From: Botryllus schlosseri
Taxonomy: Eukaryota
Direction of reading: 5' to 3'
Length of the DNA: 64,000 nucleotides
NCBI GenBank assembly: GCA_051294905.1
Contig: CM119371.1
Location: 17,672,001 to 17,736,000, forward strand
Made by a program: the position numbers and the translations under genes. This document shows, piece by piece, positions 51,655 to 64,000 of the stretch. Each line of letters begins with the position of its first letter. Position 1 is the first letter of the stretch. The notes under the pieces are model-generated. The model did no database searches. It was not told the origin of the DNA and worked only from the letters and a program-made list of their open reading frames with translations.

Positions 51655-53933
51655 ATGAACCGATTGATGTGTTTTATTACTGGAGCTGTGATTCTCGTGA
51701 ATTCGATTATCGCGTTACCGTGCGATAGTAATCAATTTCTGAACACCGACGAGATCACACAGAAACTTTCCCACTTGGAAATACTACAGATCACAGGTAA
51801 GCGCTGGCACGAACATAACAATTGAACAACCAGGCATGCGTTCTATGGTGTTAATTAGGGTTGCACCTAAAACCAATGATTGTTTGAAACATTTTGTTTA
51901 AAACATATTTTAAATGCTGTTTTAAACAAAGGCATTTCTAAAAAAATATTTTTTTCAAGTTGTCATGCCATAAGTTTATAAATAATTTCCATAAAACATG
52001 TTCTATGAGCCTACGGACGATTACCACCCCATATAGCCGACGTGTACGATATGGGATAGTTGGAACCCGCGAAATAGTCAGTTCAACCACTACGGTACGT
52101 TGATATGGATCATTGGTAGAGAATGCATGTTCTTATGATGATGACCACCGACCGTCAAAATGCTGCATGACGATGTGGTCCTGGTTAGAGATATTTTTGG
52201 TCAGTATATGACAGGGGTTGGAAGCCTATTTCGTCAAAGAAGCTATCTTTATACCTTCTATTTTTAATTGTCAATTTCAATCCACCATGACGTCACAATT
52301 GAATATCCGTGGCGTCATTGCTTTAAACATGAAAAAATAAAAAAAATATGTTTTATCCAGGCCTTGTTTTAAACATGTTTGTTTTAAACTGGTTTTTGTT
52401 TAAAACACAACCCTGATATTATTTATCATCTAAGTTCAGCAAAATCTGATCCATGTGAAATATTATTTTCAATTAGTAACGTAAAAACTATTCAGTAGGC
52501 CTACATTTATTCAGCAATCGCACACATTTTGTCGTAACGTCACACGTATAGATGGAGATATTGATCTAATAGTCGTCCTTGAGCAAAGTTTTACTAGCCC
52601 GTTGATTTTTGTCCAGATAAGTGTGCAATTCAGTGGAATGGTACCTGCTTCTTCGTCTTATTCTATCATCCTGGTGAGGTCAATCAGGAGGCCGCCAGAT
52701 TAGCGTGCGAAAAACGAGGTGCCGAGGTTGGCAACATTTATGCGGAGGAGCAATACAATTATGTCATGGACTATATGAGACCATATATCGCAGCAAGAAA
52801 TGACGGGAGTCCACAGATAGGATTTAGGACCGGTATGACTTATGATCCTAAGGTATAGTGATTACTGTTCCGTTATAAAACAAAACATATAGGGTTGCCA
52901 TCCGTCCGGAATTTCCCGGACATGTCCTGAATTTCACTGTTCAAACTTCGTCTGGGAGGAAATGCTCAAATATGCTTGAATGTACGGAATTTTCGAAGCT
53001 TGAGCGGAGCTGAATAATTTTTCGTAAATCAACATGACCAATGTATTATTTTGGGAAAGATTTATGCACCTTGAAATTTTTCTTCGCGCTACACGCGATT
53101 TATTGTTACATCTATTGATATTAATATGGGTACCCTATCCTCGCAAAAACTACAATAAGTGAAGGTTCAGAATTATCGTAGTAAAGCTCACTGAGAAAAT
53201 TTCAAAACTAACCGCGTTAATATGTTGCTATGTTTGTTGTTGCTGTGTAGTCACTATCAGCTAGGCCTATACCTCTTTTACCGAATACAATATCTAGCTT
53301 TGAGGAATGCTTATTCAATTGCGAGTCATAGCGGGGCTGGCTACATCCTACAGTTATTGATGATCGTAAGACACACGATCAAAGGTTTATTGATATTCGC
53401 CATCCCAACAGAACATAATTTCGACACTATCTCAGCAGACGATTTGCAGATAGCAAATTGGTGGAAAAACGGGAGATGACAAGCGGAATTGATCCCGATC
53501 TGCAGGAACCCGCTATGAACGCAATTGACACGAATGGGGTAAAATTCATGGTGTGAATAATACAACAGGACAATTAGAAAAGTTTTCAACGTTACACATT
53601 TGTGTTTTAAAAGAACAGCCCGCGAAAACAAGTTAAGATGTGAATCTGGCCACCAGATTAAAAGAGGTGGCCGACCCCTATTCTAGATTCTAAATTTCGA
53701 ATCCATACAATGAATTCGTCACGTTTACTATCATTTTTCAGTCTCAAATCGTTTACCTCTCCGATGGAACCAAGGCGCCGTTCGTGCACTGGCAACAAGG
53801 ATTTCCTCAGGCAGCCTCTGACGATACCACTCTGCTCCTTCAAGTGTATCCAGAAGGGTCTGAGTACACTGGAATGAAAAACAGGCAATCGTCGATCGGA
53901 GCTTTCGCGGCTCTATGCCAAATAGACATTTGA
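51655..53933 (+). CDS. Secreted C-type lectin-like protein, 3 coding exons (51655-51796, 52617-52852, 53742-53933), 189 aa
   Basis: Signal peptide MNRLMCFITGAVILVNSIIA. GT-AG introns with consistent phases (1, 0). Spliced product has CTLD pattern KCAIQWNGTCFFV..AARLACEKRGAEVGNIYAEEQYNYV..FRTGMTY..VYLSDGT..VHWQQGFP..GMKN..ALCQ. AATAAA at 53973. Confidence 0.85.
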
Positions 53934-55250
53934 GTGGAAGATATCTTTCAAATGATGATATACATCGATTGCAATAAATATCCGATAAAACAATGCTATT
54001 ATAAAGACATTCCGGGCGTGATCTACGTGCTCGGGAGGTCGCCACAGTTTAAGGCAGTGGTTCTCAACCTTTTTGACATCGCGGCACACTTTGAAAATGA
54101 AAAATAGTTCGCTGCACACTAGCACAGTGGTTCTGAACTCTTTTGGCTTACGGCACAGGCAAACTACCGAAATGCGTATAACAGCAACCATAGTCTTACA
54201 GAGGTGGTCACTGACGAAGTACTTCTACCTTTTCGGAGCACTCAAGTAGGGTTTTCTCTGCTCGAGTTTTTTTTTTATCTCTGCGGATATCTCACAAATA
54301 CGGCTGCGAATGGTATCATTAGACATGGGAATCGTTTTCAATTCTTCCCAAGCATTTCTTTATAATTTTATTGCAGGACGGAAGAGGAACTTTCTATGCT
54401 TCCATGTCAGGTTTTGAATTATCAGCTATTACCGCTGTTACCACATACCTGGCCTGCTGAGATCTCGTTTAAACTTCAGGCTGAGCTTACTGTTATAAGA
54501 TTGGCTTGATAATAGAGTCTGACCCCACCGCATTGTCGATGTAATTGACCATCGCATCGGAGAGTCCAATCACTGATCGCCACTAACAAATACAGAGGCG
54601 TAGAGGTGTATTATACATGGATGCCAAACGCATTTCCACTCAGATTGTGTCACCTGTGATGCTAGTATGTATATCTCCAGCACCGTAACTGCCGCACCCC
54701 AAACCCCCCAATTGGGGGGGGCCCGAGCTCGAAGGGGGCCCCAAATTATTTCGTGAATTAGCATAAATTATAGAGTATTTTTTGAAAATTTATGCAATAT
54801 TTTCCAAAATTTTTCGCGCTGTGCGCGATTTAAAGTTGCCAAATATCTTGATTATTTGGTACTCTTCCCCCAAGAAAAAACACGCAAGATTGATAGAAAT
54901 CGCCATATCGGCGTTGGCCATTAATACGCCACTACGCACCAAGATATATAACGATTTAGGACTTATTACATGCGACTCCAAGAAGTGTGCCAGAACGATC
55001 GGCAGCACGAAAAGCTTGGCCGAAACAGACTGCCCTTACGCAGACCGAAAACTTCGTTATATATACAAAATAATAGGTTTAATTGTCCATAGGCGCCTAA
55101 ATGACTGGCGCCATATGTTGCTTCCTGTCTTGGCAATCTGAACCTCAGAAGACAAATACCATCCAGCAGGAAAAAAAAATATATGCCTGTGAAGAAATAC
55201 CAATTTGAAATCGTGTGCGTCTTTTAGTTTAGTACGTTTGAGCGATTCTA

Positions 55251-57325
55251 CACTGTAAAAAATCTGGTAGATTTACTGGGAAATCTCTGTAAATTTTACA
55301 ACGAATTACCAGTCGCAGCCAATAACTGTGCGTAGCTTGTAATTTGACATTTTGATATGTAATATTACCTTAGTTGAGCTGTGAAGTCAAGTTACCAGAA
55401 TTTCTTCGCAAAATTACTGACAGTTACTCGTAACTGCAGTTTACCAGGCTATTGGGAAGATTGATTAGCTTCATAATCGCTGCAGCCAATATATACGTGG
55501 ATATGAATGTTACTGATATATCATTCTCGTGGTGATTTGACTTGATTCAACTTCGTTTGCGAAACTGGGGTCTGTCGTACGGAAATTGTTGGCCCTAGTA
55601 CCAATTTCAGTATACTACATAGTAGGGTACAAGAAACAACTGACAATCGTAGCTAATGTGGTTACACCATAGCCATTAATTATATTATAAGGCTATGGCT
55701 ATACGGCCGCGTTCTCGCTGGTTACATTCGCTGTTACGGATAGGGCTGATAAGTTAGAAAATCAGTTTAGGATGTATTATATTGTTCGGGAAACTAGAAA
55801 TATCAGCACCGCATGCTCAGTTGACCATTTGCTAATGGCGGACAAGGCGACCTGTACTAGGTTACAATAGGTTACCGTTACGCGTTACTGGTTTTCTGAG
55901 ATTCGTGGTAAACAGCCAACGCACAACTGTGACATCACAAGCAGCGTCTCGTTAAGTAAGTACAGTAAGTAGTGAACAACACTTGGGATAAATATCAATT
56001 TATACGAAATTAGATGGAAAAGAAAGGAACTATATGTAGTGATAAATGTTTCTGTATGAAAGAGAAATAACCTAAGTCAAACATTATAACGTGGCCAGCA
56101 AATATTATTGGTGGCATGTCAGCGGATGAATACCACTTATTTCGAAATCGTTCGAGTGTCGTATCGTTGTCTGGCCATTATTGAGATTGGAGCAAAGGGT
56201 GGAGCGAAGCTTGTGCTTGAAGAAAGTGGACACGATCGTGGAAGATTCCTAGGAACGCTGAATGGGATACGCATCGTAAAAGGTACAGTATTACATAGTA
56301 TTTGTTACCGTGAATATCTGCGACTGTGCAATGTGCACACCACTTTGATTTCATGATTGAAATATTTCATTCTCCGCATTCTCTGTTCTATTTTGGGATA
56401 CTAGTCGACTTATATAGTGACCTGTGACACCACATACTCCGCCGCGAAGGAGTTGAATCTGTTGACTTGTTTATGTCATTTTCGGGCCATAGCATGGAGA
56501 TGTTTTCATCCACTGTTGGATTTGTTTGGCACGCATGTCATCTCAAATGAGGAACCTTTTGCTTCAATACGTTAGATGAAGTAAGTCATGAATCTCTGCT
56601 ATATCATGTACAAGGCGGAGCCTTCATTACACAATGTACCAGTACCGGTACTTCAAAACATGTTACCGTGTATTTTTGTTAGCCTATTTGTCTTAATAGT
56701 CTTTATAATGTCATGTCTAGGTTAGGAAATTTGCTGTATATAGCGACTTACTCATGAATTCTTTTTAGTGGAACTGCAAGATACTAGTTACACAGAAGGA
56801 TTGAGGACGAGGAAAAGAAACAATTGGAAGTTTGGCCGGTGGTGGAATTAATTCACCTTTTCTTGCGACCACTCGTGTTACTGCATGTCTCCTAAAGATG
56901 AATTAGACCTCCAGCAGCAATACTTTTCCATCGATTACCACTTCATCGTGATATCATGAATGAATATACAGTTTGTTCCAATGTCGTTTTGGGAGTGTGA
57001 AGAAAATTTTGCGATATTTTAGCATCGGGTTGCTTTGCGATAGGTATGGATGTACGTGAATTTACAAGCTGGTATGTAATCCTGATTTAGGTAGGTAGGT
57101 AGGTAGGTAGGTAGGCGGTCTCGGTCTCAAATGTACAGGAGAACATGTAGATTGGATATACCGGAGGGGACTGTAACATTACAGTCTGGCGTGTAAAGTG
57201 AGATTACCGGACGAGTGTAAGTTGAATTTGCATTGACTAACGGTAATGTTAGATTACCACGAAATGTCTGGCTACCGTGCTTCCAAACATTTCGCGGTAA
57301 ATCGAGGTTTTTATTTTTTACAGTG
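55251..57325. mobile_element. EnSpm/CMC-like non-autonomous element (nested)
   Basis: TIRs CACTGTAAAAAAT / ATTTTTTACAGTG flanked by TA on both sides; TTAC/GTAA-rich subterminal sequence. Confidence 0.75.
57089..57114 (+). repeat. (TAGG)n microsatellite
   Basis: TAGGTAGGTAGGTAGGTAGGTAGG tract. Confidence 0.9.
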
Positions 57326-58905
57326 TATATTTTTGATATAGCAGACAGGAGGTCACGAAATAAAATCATGTAACGAAGTCATACCAACGGGTCCGTCCGA
57401 AGATGTTTAATTATTATTAACGGGCCCTACAGTTTCAGGTAAATCTGATAACGTGAGCAGAGAGGACAAGATATTGATAGCAATATATTAGCAATTCCCG
57501 ATCTTATTGACCGATTGTATCATGAATTATCGAAAATTTTCGCGCTTCGAGCTGGCTCACTAAGCAGTGCAGCTAATTTCGTGGCAAAAGCGAACACTGT
57601 GATGAGGGGGTCGGTTTATCACCCTATGAGACCCCCAAACCCAAGTTTTTGTGGGGGTCGAGGCTGACGAAGTGCTGTTTCGTTCCTGCCAATGGGTATA
57701 CGCCCGAAGTTGTCTAATTATTATTAGGCGGTCCTACGTTTTAAAACATACCTCGCTCAGCTCTACCGGTAAATCTGATTACGTGAGCAGGGAGAGGATC
57801 AAAATTGATAGCAATATATATGTAATTCCCGATCATATTGCCTGATTCAATCATGATTTACTGAAATTTTTCGCGCTTCGCGCGTCTAGGCGGGAAAAGC
57901 TGATTCACCAAACGGTCCCCCAATGCAGATGTGAAATAGCGTCAAAAAGCGGACTGCCAAAGAGGGGTCTGGGGGGCGAAGCCCCCCAGAAGTTAGGTTT
58001 ATCACCCTATGGGGGGCCCACGGCCAACGTTTTGGGGGGGCCTGACGAAGTGCTGTTACGGCCCTGTATATCTCAATAGTGTTACTGGCATCCACCCGCA
58101 GTTCAATTGTAGTTCCAACAAACCGGAATAATAAACCTCAGCGGCGTGGAAATTTGTAACTGACATAATTATATTACATTTACCCCTTAATACTCGAATT
58201 TGTCACATGCAACATAACGTTGCGCCCTGAGCCTACATTTTACCTACAGTGCTGGCACGCTACCTAACAATAGCAATGTGAATGGCTATGTTCGTAAATT
58301 CTAATTTGTAAACGTAAACATCACTTCCAAATGAGTTCATTTCTCGATGGTGAGGATGCCTTCCTATGTGTTGGAGGTTTATGTAGGCTCCTACTCGTCC
58401 TCCGATCTGCAAAAGTAGTGTGTTATGAAAAATGCTCCGTGCTACAAGTTGGCATCTCAGGAATCAAAATAAGTAATATCGGTATGGTGTAAACTGTAAA
58501 GTGATCATCGATGACAAAGACATGTCACCAATACGACTACAAATAGAAACAGAAAAGGTCACCAACCTGCGTGATGTCCTTATTCTGCCTCCGGTTCTGT
58601 GGAGGGTGACAAAAGTAAAAGGTGAACGCTTCGGCCACAACTCAATATCACGGTACAATTGCCTAATTTTAGTTATCACCGTCCTAAATGCTACTATGCG
58701 TGGCCAAACTAGCGTATATCACACTCATTGGCGGTGGAAGCCCCAGTTTGACTCATGGTAGTGTAGTAGCAAGTTACGAAGCGTCGCAGATTTATTAGAT
58801 TCTCCTCCCCTACACGTTGCTGTGCTCAGAGCGTATTTACAATATAAAGCCCAGAGAAAGACCCAATTCATGACCTAATGGGGATGTCAGACTGAGGTAC
58901 TAGAT

Positions 58906-60490
58906 CAGGGGCGGGCAACATACGGCCCGCGGGCCGGATCCGGCCCGCCGAGAATTTTTACTCTGAAAGTGAAATGTAATGACATGTATTGACAAATTTT
59001 ATGCGTCACAGAATGAATCCAAGTTTGTGAACCTGAGAAAGATGGACATTAAACTACTTGCTCGGTTCGGGTCTACTTACATTTTCTACCATGAGTCAGT
59101 GTTGGGATGACTCGAGTCACCTTTTTCGTATGACTTGACTTGAGTCACCTTGGAAAAATGACTTGACTTGACTCGACGCTTCAGAAATGTAGATAGACTC
59201 GTGACTCGAATCAAAATTCAAGAGTCAATTTTAAGCCATCAAGTAATTGATGTTGACTAAATCGCTGTATCTTGTATAAGTTCGCCAAACCTTCATTGTT
59301 ATATCACAAATAAATTGATCGCAAACGCAGTGATCGGAGGTCGGAGCTGATACAACAACTTGTTGTCGTAAACTTGCTCACCTCCACCAGCCCTCTTGTA
59401 TATAATTTAAATGAAACGAATATCGCTCATACGTTTATAATTGTATATCGTTGATAAGTAGGTGGGTAGGGTATTGAACTATATAATTTTTAAACTTTCT
59501 GAGGTTTCGTATGTTATCCTGTATTTTGGCTGATATTTAAAGACTGGGGCTACACCGCTATACTTGCGTAGTTGAGCAGTTTTGCGCATGCGTGAGCGAT
59601 ACAGCGCCTTTTGCGAGTAAAATCAACTCTTCATTCCATTACTCCCCGCCACTTAATCCGCGTATGCGGTGTCTTACACAAAGACTATAAGTGGGCATGC
59701 TATAAGTCGGCAGTTAAGAAATAAATATGAAGAATATTGGCCTGCTGTAAATAACCGTAGTAGTCGACAAACACCATGAATATCTCAAAACAAACAAACA
59801 AACTGTTTGTTTATTCGTCGATTCCGAATAAATGGGTACTTCATCTGTGTTTAAAACAGTAAGCAAAATGTAATGACTTTGAATCATGTCTGGTACTTTG
59901 AAATTTCAACCTGACCTGACTAGTGACTTGACTCGTGACTTGACTCGTGACTTGACTCGACTTGACTTGACTTGACTTGACTTGACTAGAGTCGCCTTCA
60001 AAAATCGAGTGACTTGACTTGACCCGAGTCACCTTTGAGAATCAAGTGACTTGACTTGACTTGACTCGAGTCAAAATGTACAATGACTCGAGATGACTTG
60101 TGACTCGAAGGTAGTGACTTGATCCCAACACTGCCACGAACATTAACGAGGAACGCCGCGTTCCAATATAACTGCTAATCGCGTGCAGTCTTTAGTAAGG
60201 GTTTCCGCATACGACATGTACCCAGAGTTTAAAAAACTAGTTGACAATATTGAACGATCACAGATCTCTGATTGACTTCAATAGTTGCTGTAAATAAATA
60301 GAATAAATACTGTTTTTAGACATCTGTGCTTTAAACTTGAAGTTTACATTAAATACAACGGATTCCTTGTATAGGTGGATAAATACGCGATTGAGGTATA
60401 ATGTATAAGGTATACATGCTGTAATCCGGCCCGCCAAGTGCTTCATTTTCCCATATCTGGCCCGCCGACCGTAGAAGTTGCCCGCCCCTG
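58906..60490. mobile_element. hAT-Charlie-type MITE (nested)
   Basis: TIRs CAGGGGCGGGCAAC / GTTGCCCGCCCCTG; perfect TSD TACTAGAT (58898-58905, 60491-60498); GGCCCGC motifs like the 31984 element. Confidence 0.92.
59097..60133. mobile_element. hAT-like MITE with (GACTT)n subterminal arrays (nested)
   Basis: TIRs CAGTGTTGGGAT / ATCCCAACACTG; degenerate TSD CCATGAGT / CCACGAAC; GACTT/GACTC arrays at 59110-59225 and 59910-60120. Confidence 0.75.
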
Positions 60491-61702
60491 TACTAGATTG
60501 AGCTACTTTAACTACGGTCGCCTAGACATCCTTATATCTGTTCACTGCATCCGATTGTGCATCGCGTGTTTTGATCTGAAAATTCAATAGGAAAACCAAC
60601 ATTGACACACTCAAAATTTGGATTTTTGTTATACTTCGACATAGTTTGCTCGCGGCACACCTGAGCAGTCCAATTGGCACACTAGTGTGCCGCGGCACAC
60701 CGGTTGAGAACCACTGGTTTAAGGGTATAGTAGGGGAAGCTGGGGCACAATGGTAAATCGTGAATATTTTAAAACCTGAAATAAAGAATATAGGCCTCGC
60801 TTTGATGATTTAGTAGTGTCATATTAGATGTAATCCTAATATGCTTTATGATTTCGCCAGGGTCGCTGTCTCTTGCTAAATTGCGTAAACTTACATCGCT
60901 TATTGCTATTCCATCGTTGTGTAGGTATGTAGGCTATATCGCCTCCGCTGTGCTTGAAATTGGTATACAGCTTAGTCAGAGCAGTTATAAGTTGCCCTGC
61001 ATTATATTTTAGGCGCAGCGAGTTGCGATTTTTTTATCTGAAGAATAAGTGGGTGGAGAACTTATTGGGACATTTGGCTGGGGCACAATCATGGTCCAAT
61101 GATATCCAAAGGCGGAATTTACAAAATATATGAATATCGGCAGGAGCGTGCGTAAAAGCAAGATCGTCACCAACACTCCCTTAAAAATACCCCCTGTCAC
61201 ACAATAAATGCAGGACGGTGCGGTGACGTTAATATTCACGGCACGCGACAAGCCACGGCAGCGATTTTCATGCAAGTTTCATTACGATTCCAAACTTTAT
61301 GATGTGAAAACCATGACTATGGTCTTGGACACCTGCTGGTACATCCTTTTTTCCAACGGCTCTCAGTTTCTTGCTAACTGATGCTGTGTATAATATTTAG
61401 TACTGTGTATATATCCCATTCCCCAATCGCTGTCCCATTGAGCCCCGCCTATGGGTCAAAACGGAAAAAATGGTTGTCTTTTGGTCATTTCTTCGTGTTT
61501 ACAAATCATTTTTATTCGGAGATATGTATTTTATGTTTGTTCATCATATTGCAAAAATAGGGTAACCATATTTTGAGATTCGAAAAAGAGGACACTTTTA
61601 AAAAATTGTGAAAACTGGAAAAAAGGTCATCACTTTGTTTCGACGCAGGTTTTAGCCGACTATTTAGTTTAGCCTTTTTAGCCTGTTAGACTGTTTAGCC
61701 GA

Positions 61703-61986
61703 CCATTCCATCGAGCAACGGACGAGCGAGCACTATTGCGAATTGTTTCGATGCGGCACTCCGATGAGTGACGATTTAGCAGGCGTCGAATCCTGTTTGC
61801 TCAGCTGAATCTGCTCTTGGACTCGCTAACCTTGCGTATCAGTCTTGCATTTCAACAGAATCAAGCAACCCAAATCAAAGATTAAACAATGTGAACTTCG
61901 GAATTGCTTTGAAAATACTAAGATGTTTATAGAAGTATAAGTGATTCGCAATTTAGTGCTCGCTCGTCCGTTGCTCGATGGAATGG
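61703..61986. mobile_element. Small foldback/MITE with ~40-bp TIRs
   Basis: CCATTCCATCGAGCAACGGACGAGCGAGCACTA is matched by its reverse complement ending at 61986; no clear TSD. Confidence 0.6.
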
Positions 61987-62685
61987 AGGACGAGACAACG
62001 GTAGCGAGTAGTGCGGAGCATGGACCGGAGCCGGATTGGATATCCGGCCGGATTTTTACAATTTTGGCCGGACCGGATTGGAGCCGGATCACTACTTTTT
62101 CTCTTACGGCCGGAGCCGGATCGGAGCTGGATCACTACTTTTTTGATCCGGCCAGAATTTTTATGGATAAGCATGACTTTTATATGGATAAGCATGACTT
62201 TTATACCTATATAACTACCAACCAACCACACGTAAGTAACCTCCAAGCCAGTGTGAACATAAACGAGGCATATTTATCAATAGGCCTTTTGCAGGACTTC
62301 GATCACGTGACTAGATACGCATAGCAACAACAAATTGGGTAGCAAGCTACTTTTTCGTGCACCTGACTCAATGCTAAATATCGTGTAGTATATTGTTGAT
62401 TTCTAGTTGTAATCGTTTCAGAAATTAGTCGTGTAAGTGCGCAGGGGTTTAGATGTGTTAGATGTCAATAATCAACAAAGGATTTAGTTAGAGTGATTCC
62501 GCCAAAACACCGCAGAACTCCCTCGGTAACGTAGTCGTATTACAGAACATAACTATGATTGCATCATTCATATGTACCTACATTCATGCACATGAAGCAG
62601 AGTAATTGGTATACATTGTATCGTAAGAGTGTTATCAAGCTTAACGAATACTATTTGGCTGCTGTAACGCCTGATTTTGGATAGA

Positions 62686-64000
62686 ATGACTGAAGCAGCT
62701 GGAACTAGCCTTGGTGAGTATAGTGACTACGTAAACATATTCTACTGGATCTGATGATTTGCTTAATGCCAAAATCTTGAAACAATGTGGCTGATCACAT
62801 CGAAAATATTGTTTGGCCAGAACCTGCTACCAAGTCTAAACGAACCAGTGCACGACACTGTTGCGTTCCGCAATGTTGCAATGATGGTCGTTCCAGTGCC
62901 TCACTTACGTTTCATCGTTTTCCAAAGGATCCGCAACTTCGATCCAAGTGGATTTGGAAAATAAGACGAGATGTTGGCGCAAACTTAATGGTAAATATAC
63001 ATAACATTGTTTACCTTTATTATTCACAGTGTTTATTTTTAACGTCGATTTTTAAGATTACAGATGGGACTAGAGTTTGCTCGGCCCATTTTTCTAAAGA
63101 AGATTTTGCACCACCTGATCGAGCTGGCCGACGCTGGCTAAAAAGGCAATCTGTTCCATCTATCTTCAAATGGTCAACCCCAGTTAATCCGAGGAGAAAG
63201 ATTGTTAGAGGCAGGCCGAGGTGGGTCTAATTAGGTTGTAGGTGAGCAAGGCGAGCAATAAGCACAATAAACATATTAGCATTATCTCAAGCAAGTAGAA
63301 GCTTCAAACGTCAAAGAGTATACTATTGCTAGATTAGAATTCAGCTCTAAACATTATTAGTGACATTGACCGATTTTTTTCGTGTCTACAGCTCTTCCAA
63401 TGGGATACGAACAGAGCAGTCTAATGCAGCGATAGAACAGTCGTCTCAACTGCAGAGAGATTTTGAGGCTGTAAAGGAAGAGAACACTGCTTTACTGCAG
63501 CAACTTAAACTTGCTCAGCGGGATGTTGAGAAAAGGGAATCTGAGATTAGTGATCTTAAAGACGCAGCCACTATAACCAGTGAAAAAATACAAGAGCTCG
63601 AAACTAGTCTTAGAATTAGTCGTTTTAGTTTGGAACGTTTCTCGAAAGACAATCATTTGATCAAATTTTATACAGGCTTCCCTACATATGAGCACTTTAC
63701 ACTATTTTTCGAGCTTGTAAAACCTACAGCGGACACTATGACATATGTGTATGCTTCTGGAGTAGGCAAATCTAGACCAGTCGTGCGCAAGCTGCAGTTG
63801 ATAGATGAGCTATTTTTATTTTGTGTTCGGATAAGGCTTGGACTTTTTGAACTTGACCTGTCCCAGCGGTTTAACATCCACACGTCTACTGTTAGTAGAA
63901 AAATCGTAACTTGGGCCAACTTTCTATATTACTTGTTAGGCAATCAGCCAATTTGACCAACAAGAGATCGCATTAATGAACTTATGCCACATAGTTTCCA
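62686..64000 (+). pseudogene. THAP-domain ISL2EU/PIF-Harbinger-type transposase, spliced (62686-62713, 62821-62990, 63057-63220, 63392-window end), in-frame TGA at 63954
   Basis: THAP C2CH (CCVPQC..FHRFP..W..RVCSAHF..LK..SVPSIF), a coiled coil, then FYTGFP..DELFLFCVRIRLGL..DLSQRFNI..STVSR (HTH_Tnp_4-like). GT-AG introns keep frame. The frame continues past the stop as QPI*PTRDRINELMPHSF. Confidence 0.82.

Larger units (their letters stand above)
54678..58066. mobile_element. Non-autonomous hAT-type element (nested)
   Basis: TIRs CAGCACCGTAAC / GTTACGGCCCTG; perfect 8-bp TSD TATATCTC (54670-54677, 58067-58074); GGGGCCCC-rich subterminal tracts. Confidence 0.82.
54055..60716. mobile_element. 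hAT-Charlie-type element inflated by nested insertions
   Basis: TIRs CAGTGGTTCTCAACC / GGTTGAGAACCACTG; perfect 8-bp TSD GTTTAAGG (54047-54054, 60717-60724); GCGGCACAC subterminal motifs at both ends. Confidence 0.88.

Noticed and set aside
51857..53680. TAGGGTTG-type MITE ends in the lectin introns
   Set aside because: TIR-like ends are visible but TSDs are degenerate or partner ends do not match, so boundaries are unsupported.
61941..62324. 127-aa ORF over CCGGA repeats
   Set aside because: Spans a MITE end, CCGGA-rich subterminal repeats and a 21-bp duplication; low-complexity artefact.

Overview
Eukaryotic, AT-rich invertebrate DNA; an ascidian-like origin is only a guess from gene style. 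The window holds three intronless BTB-BACK-Kelch paralogues. Copies 1 and 2 are intact and lie in a head-to-tail duplication (2807-13240 / 13241-22100). Copy 3 (24398-48891) is a pseudogene split by about 23 kb of insertions. The first insertion is an 8.3 kb hAT-type shell (8-bp TSD) carrying a near-intact L1/Tx1-clade LINE, whose ORF2 zinc finger is cut by a Charlie MITE. The second is the standout: a 14,526-bp element with Maverick/Polinton-type ends (AGTAGT...ACTACT, 6-bp TSD TGCGTC). It is almost entirely one palindrome, with ~6.7-6.8 kb nearly identical inverted arms around a 952-bp spacer and no recognisable polymerase, integrase or capsid ORF; I interpret it as a copy-back-like non-autonomous Maverick. 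Also present: a Penelope-like retroelement with an inverted pseudo-LTR carrying a variant minimal hammerhead ribozyme, a three-exon secreted C-type-lectin-like gene missed by the ORF track, several hAT, P-like and EnSpm-like non-autonomous elements (one multi-level nest), and a spliced THAP/ISL2EU-Harbinger transposase with a nonsense codon at the right edge. No database searches were run; family calls rest on motifs and TIR/TSD signatures read from the sequence.
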